Of a stretch of 64,000 nucleotides of DNA, positions 59,907-64,000 are shown one piece after another. Each line of letters starts with the position of its first letter. The stretch's first letter is position 1. Origin of the DNA: Pedosphaera sp. (GTDB lineage: Bacteria > Verrucomicrobiota > Verrucomicrobiia > Limisphaerales > SIBH01); contig JANOQV010000210.1 in assembly GCA_031414955.1 (NCBI GenBank), forward strand, positions 1 through 64,000, read 5' to 3'. The notes under the pieces were generated by a model. The model saw only the letters and a list, made by a program, of their open reading frames with translations, made no database searches and was not told the origin of the DNA. A program made the translations under genes and the position numbers.

Positions 59907-62321
59907 ATGCCTCACAAGGTCACAGCCACAGTTGGTGGCAAACAAATCCACATCGAAACCGGCAAAATCGCCAAGCAGGCTGACGGTGCCGTCACGGTTC
60001 AACTCGGAGAAACCATCATTATCGTCGCTGCCGTGGCGGCCACGAAAGCCAAGCCCGGGCAGGATTTTTTCCCGCTCACAGTTGATTACCGCGAGCGCGC
60101 CGCCGCCGCCGGCAAGTTCCCGGGCGGTTATTTCAAGCGCGAAGGCCGCCCGACAGAAAAGGAAATCCTGACCTGCCGCCTCACGGATCGTCCCATCCGC
60201 CCGCTCTTCCCCAAGGGTTGGTACAACGAAGTGCAGGTGCAGACGGTCCTCCTCAGCACGGACGGCGAAAACGATCCCGACATTCTGAACATCATTGGGG
60301 CCTCCGCGGCTCTCATGGTCAGCGACATCCCGTGGGACGGTCCGCTTGGCGCGGCCCGCGTGGGGCGCATCGGCGGCGAGTTCATCGCCAACCCCACCCA
60401 CGCTGAGATGGCCGAGAGCGATCTCGACCTCGTTTATGTCGGCAACGCCCGGGGCGAAGTCGTCATGTATGAAGGCGCGGCCAAGGAAATCACCGAAGCG
60501 GATTTCTGCGCCGCCCTTCTGTTCGCCCAGGAAGCCTGCGTGCCGGTCATCAAGGCCCAGCAGGAACTCGCCGCCGCTGTCGGCAGGGCCAAGCGGTCGA
60601 TCACGGTCAATATCGTTCCGGAAGAAATCCTCAACGAAGCCAAGTCCCTTGCCGGCGACAAAATCGTCACCGCCCTGCTCACTGTCGGCAAGTTGACTCG
60701 CGAAGCTGCGGTCAAAGCAGTCACCGATGAAGTCAGCAAGAAGCTGGTGGAGAAATTCGGCGCCGAGAAGGTGACGGAGTTCGTTCTCAAAGACGCCTTC
60801 TATTACATCCAGAAGGAAGCCGTGCGCCGCCTCGTCATGAAGGACGGCAAGCGCCTCGACGGCCGCAGCCCAGAAGCGGTGCGCGCCATCAGCGGCGAAG
60901 TCGGCATTCTGCCCCGCGCGCATGGTTCCGCGCTCTTTCAACGCGGTGAAACCCAGGCCATCTCGGTCGTCACCATGGGCACGGGCGAAGACACGCAGGA
61001 ATTCGACGCCTACACCGGCGGCAAAACGAGCAAGAAGCTCATGCTGCACTACAACTTCCCGAATTTCTCCGTCGGTGAAACCGGTCGCATCAGTGGACCC
61101 GGCCGCCGCGAAATCGGACACGGCGCGCTCGCCGAGCGTTCCATCGAGCCGATGCTGCCGCTCAAGGATTATCCTTACGCGATCCGCATCACGAGTGAGA
61201 TCATGGAGTCGAACGGCTCCACGTCGATGGCTTCCGTTTGCGGCGGCACCCTGGCCTTGATGGATGCAGGTGTGCCGGTCATTCGTCCCGTCGGCGGCAT
61301 CAGCATCGGCATCTGCGCCGAGTACAGCGGCGAAAGCATTTCCGCTTACAAGCTCCTCACCGACATCATCGGCTGGGAGGACGCCTTCTGCGACATGGAC
61401 TGCAAGATCGCGGGTACGGACAAGGGCATCACTGGCTTCCAACTCGACCTCAAGCTGCGCGGCATTCCGCACCAGATCATGGTCGAGACCGTGGAGCGCG
61501 CCCGCGTCGCCCGTCTGTTCATCCTGGGCGAAATGCTCAAGGTCATTGCCGAGCCGCGCAAGGAGATGAGCAAGTACGCTCCGCGCATCATCACCATCAA
61601 GATCAACCCGGAGAAGATCGGCGCGCTCATCGGACCCGGCGGCAAGAACATCAAGCGCATTGTCGATGAATCCGGCTGCGAGATTAACATCGAGGATGAT
61701 GGCACGGTGAACGTGTACTCGACTTCGCCCGAAGGCATGGAGATTGCCCGCCGCGAGATCGAGGGCATGACCGCCGAAGCCGAGCCGGGCAAAATCTACA
61801 GCGGCAAGATCGTCACTCTCAAAGAATTCGGCGCGTTCGTTGAGTTCCTGCCGGGTCGTGACGGTCTGGTTCACATCAGCGAATGGGCGACTTTCCGCGT
61901 CCGGGCGATTGAAGAAGTTGCCAAAGTCGGCGACGACGTTTCGGTCAAGTGCCTGGGCGTCGATGAAAAGGGCCGGGTCCGTCTCTCGCGCAAGGCGGCG
62001 ATGGAAGAGGGCGACCAGGCGGCGGCAGCCAAGGAAAAATCCGACTACGAAGCCAAGCATGGCTCAGATGGCGGCGGCGGACACGGTGGCGAACGCCGTG
62101 AGTTCCGTGGTGGCGACCGCGATCGTGGCCCGCGGAGCGGTGGAGATCGTGGCGGACGTGGTGGAGATCGTGGCGGACGCAGCGGCGGGGGGCGTGATTC
62201 TGGTGGCCCGCGCGAAGCATATCGCGGCGGTGATCGTCCGGCTGGCGGACCACCCCAGCCCGCGCGGGATCCGGAAGCGCAGGAAGTGCGCGAGCCGGCT
62301 CCGCCCCGCGATCTGGACTGA
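59907..62321 (+). CDS. pnp: Polyribonucleotide nucleotidyltransferase with a long Gly/Arg-rich C-terminal tail
   Basis: FFPLTVDY, RREIGHG, ESNGSTSMASVC, KH (IGPGGKNI), S1 (GLVHISE). Confidence 0.98.
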   Translation: MPHKVTATVGGKQIHIETGKIAKQADGAVTVQLGETIIIVAAVAATKAKPGQDFFPLTVDYRERAAAAGKFPGGYFKREGRPTEKEILTCRLTDRPIRPLFPKGWYNEVQVQTVLLSTDGENDPDILNIIGASAALMVSDIPWDGPLGAARVGRIGGEFIANPTHAEMAESDLDLVYVGNARGEVVMYEGAAKEITEADFCAALLFAQEACVPVIKAQQELAAAVGRAKRSITVNIVPEEILNEAKSLAGDKIVTALLTVGKLTREAAVKAVTDEVSKKLVEKFGAEKVTEFVLKDAFYYIQKEAVRRLVMKDGKRLDGRSPEAVRAISGEVGILPRAHGSALFQRGETQAISVVTMGTGEDTQEFDAYTGGKTSKKLMLHYNFPNFSVGETGRISGPGRREIGHGALAERSIEPMLPLKDYPYAIRITSEIMESNGSTSMASVCGGTLALMDAGVPVIRPVGGISIGICAEYSGESISAYKLLTDIIGWEDAFCDMDCKIAGTDKGITGFQLDLKLRGIPHQIMVETVERARVARLFILGEMLKVIAEPRKEMSKYAPRIITIKINPEKIGALIGPGGKNIKRIVDESGCEINIEDDGTVNVYSTSPEGMEIARREIEGMTAEAEPGKIYSGKIVTLKEFGAFVEFLPGRDGLVHISEWATFRVRAIEEVAKVGDDVSVKCLGVDEKGRVRLSRKAAMEEGDQAAAAKEKSDYEAKHGSDGGGGHGGERREFRGGDRDRGPRSGGDRGGRGGDRGGRSGGGRDSGGPREAYRGGDRPAGGPPQPARDPEAQEVREPAPPRDLD

Positions 62322-62337
62322 TCTCGAACTGATCTTC

Positions 62338-62372
62338 AAGGCGCGCCGGAGAAATCCGGCGCGCTTTTTTTG
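62338..62372 (+). terminator. Intrinsic terminator after pnp
   Basis: GCGCGCCGGA-GAAA-TCCGGCGCGC-TTTTTT. Confidence 0.9.
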
Positions 62373-62734
62373 TTCAAGGGAATGTGTCGCTGGCCATTGT
62401 CCGGCCTTCATCAAAGAGGATATCGGAACGCGCTTGTCTGGCCTGTTGGGACCGGAATCAGGCGGGAGAAGCGCGCAGTTTTCCCCGAAGCCTGAAGTTC
62501 AAATTTCGAGATGCGAGATTCAAAAAAATCCGAAGGCGAGGCCCGAAAGATCCGACACCCGCCGTCATCTCCGTCGCACTGATTCTGTCGATGCAGGAGA
62601 CTGCTTTCGGCTCTCGGATTTATCCGTGCCGCCATTGGCGCGGCTTGCCATCCCCTACCCTTCTCTGGATATCCGCGCTCCCTGGTTTGCGATTCTCCCT
62701 GGACGGCACCATTACCATCCCGGCGCGCGACCGG

Positions 62735-63154
62735 CTACTTCAATGTCGTGGTGGAGTTGCGGGCCGGTTGACCGCTGGCAAGTTGCAGGGCGATCTGCTT
62801 GTCCATCTCGCCGGCCAGATCGAGGTCGGAATTTCCAAAGCGGGTGCGGACCTGCACGGTCAGCCGCGTCATCTTCTTGTCCATTTCCTCGACCTTCACG
62901 CGCACCGTGCGGGTATCAACGCGGGCCGAGACGGTGGATTGCATAACGTCCTCGCTGAAAACGGTCCCATTGACCGCCAGCACATCCTTGGCCGCAGCCC
63001 AGCACTCGAGCGCGGGGCGTTCATACACGCGGATGATGCGATCCTTGACCAGTGGATTGGCGGCCTCCTTGCGCCCATCAATGGTGCCGACGCAACCGGT
63101 GCCGACCAGCGCCAGCGTTGAAATGATCAAAAGAGCCACAGCGTTAATTCTCAT
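62735..63154 (-). CDS. Lipoprotein, DUF3568-like
   Basis: Hydrophobic signal ending GTGC, followed by a small alpha/beta domain. Confidence 0.7.
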   Translation of the reverse strand: MRINAVALLIISTLALVGTGCVGTIDGRKEAANPLVKDRIIRVYERPALECWAAAKDVLAVNGTVFSEDVMQSTVSARVDTRTVRVKVEEMDKKMTRLTVQVRTRFGNSDLDLAGEMDKQIALQLASGQPARNSTTTLK

Positions 63155-63185
63155 CGCGGAGATGCAATCAGAACGGTGCGGCGCG

Positions 63186-64000
63186 TCAAGCATCCGTTGG
63201 AAAATTGGCTCCTGGATCGGCTTCCGACGGTTCACCCGCGCCTTCGCTGATGACTGGCGCAATGGCCTGAAGCTTGTCCCCGGGGTCGAGATTTACCAAC
63301 TTCACCCCCATGGTATTACGTCCCGCTTCGCGGATGTGCTTCACAAAAGTGCGCACCATTTGTCCCCCGGAGGTAATGAGCATAATCTCATCACTCTCGC
63401 GGACGGTGAGCGCGCCGACGACGCTGCCTGTCTTGTCGCCAGTCTTCATGGTGATGATGCCTTTGCCACCGCGCGACTGGACGCGGTATTCGTCGAAGGC
63501 GGTGCGCTTGCCGATGCCGTTCTCTCCAGCTACCAGGAGCGTAGCGTCCGGCACGATGATGGCGGCGGCCACGAGGGCGTCACCCTCGTCCAGACTGATG
63601 CCGCGCACGCCCGTAGCCGAGCGGCCCATCGAGCGGACGTCAGATTCGTTAAAGCGGATGCTCATGCCACCCTTGGTGATGAGCACCACGTCGTCGCCCG
63701 CGTCCTTCACCTCGTTGTTCTCCACAATGCTGCCGCGGGTCAGTTTCACTTCAATGAGCGCGTCACCGGGGTCAATTCCAATCGCGATGATGCCGCCTTT
63801 GCGCACATTGCCGAACTCATTGAGCGAGGTCTTCTTCACCGTGCCCTGCCGGGTCGCGAAGAAGAGTTCACCGGACTGCTGCCAGGTGGTGTCCTGCTTG
63901 TCGGCGTCCAGCTTGGACTGGATGCGGATGAGCGCGGCCACTTTCTCCCCGGCCTGCAACTCCAGAAGATTGGCAATGCTCCGGCCCTTCGAGGCCCGGC
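63186..64000 (-). CDS. gyrA: DNA gyrase subunit A, C-terminal beta-pinwheel (partial)
   Basis: Repeats TRQGTVKKT, VRSMGRSATGVRGI, GIGKRT..EYRVQSRGGKG, AGRNTMGVKL. The gene starts beyond the right edge. Confidence 0.93.
   Translation of the reverse strand, partial: RASKGRSIANLLELQAGEKVAALIRIQSKLDADKQDTTWQQSGELFFATRQGTVKKTSLNEFGNVRKGGIIAIGIDPGDALIEVKLTRGSIVENNEVKDAGDDVVLITKGGMSIRFNESDVRSMGRSATGVRGISLDEGDALVAAAIIVPDATLLVAGENGIGKRTAFDEYRVQSRGGKGIITMKTGDKTGSVVGALTVRESDEIMLITSGGQMVRTFVKHIREAGRNTMGVKLVNLDPGDKLQAIAPVISEGAGEPSEADPGANFPTDA

Noticed and set aside
59892..62060. Long antisense or alternative-frame ORFs (e.g. 59892-62060 minus, 48319-50694 plus, 14266-15930 minus, 41926-43401 minus, 5330-6619 minus, 4-456 plus)
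   Set aside because: Shadow ORFs of well-supported genes, expected in high-GC codon-biased DNA.

Overview
High-GC bacterial chromosome segment with the gene content of a PVC-group organism, most like Verrucomicrobia subdivision 3. This assignment is inferred from DUF1552, PSD1/PSCyt1, the H-X9-DG prepilin-like protein, a sulfatase and an FYRL C-terminal motif. The backbone is housekeeping: thrS (partial), prfB with its +1 frameshift, trpC, grpE-dnaJ-rsmE, proA, prs-rplY-pth-rpsF-ssb-rplI, pabB, hisG, purN, truB-ribF-rpsO-pnp, gyrA (partial) and tRNA-Leu(TAG). Accessory loci are a CusRS/CusCBA-type metal efflux system, a YtrA/GntR-ABC operon, a PIN-domain gene pair and many small palindromic repeat elements. 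The most unusual locus is about 34.5-38.8 kb. It holds a promoter-driven candidate structured RNA, then a degenerate array of about nine 41-bp units, then GGG motifs spaced one helical turn apart that run into a cytoplasmic helical+FN3 gene. A putative outer-membrane protein and a patatin lipoprotein follow. Also notable are an about 80-aa low-GC in-frame insert in the ThrS catalytic domain, repeat elements read in frame inside a glycogen-debranching gene, a recurring leaderless promoter layout, and a 33-aa bS22-like gene missing from the ORF track. All calls come from reading and hand-counting the sequence; no database searches were run.
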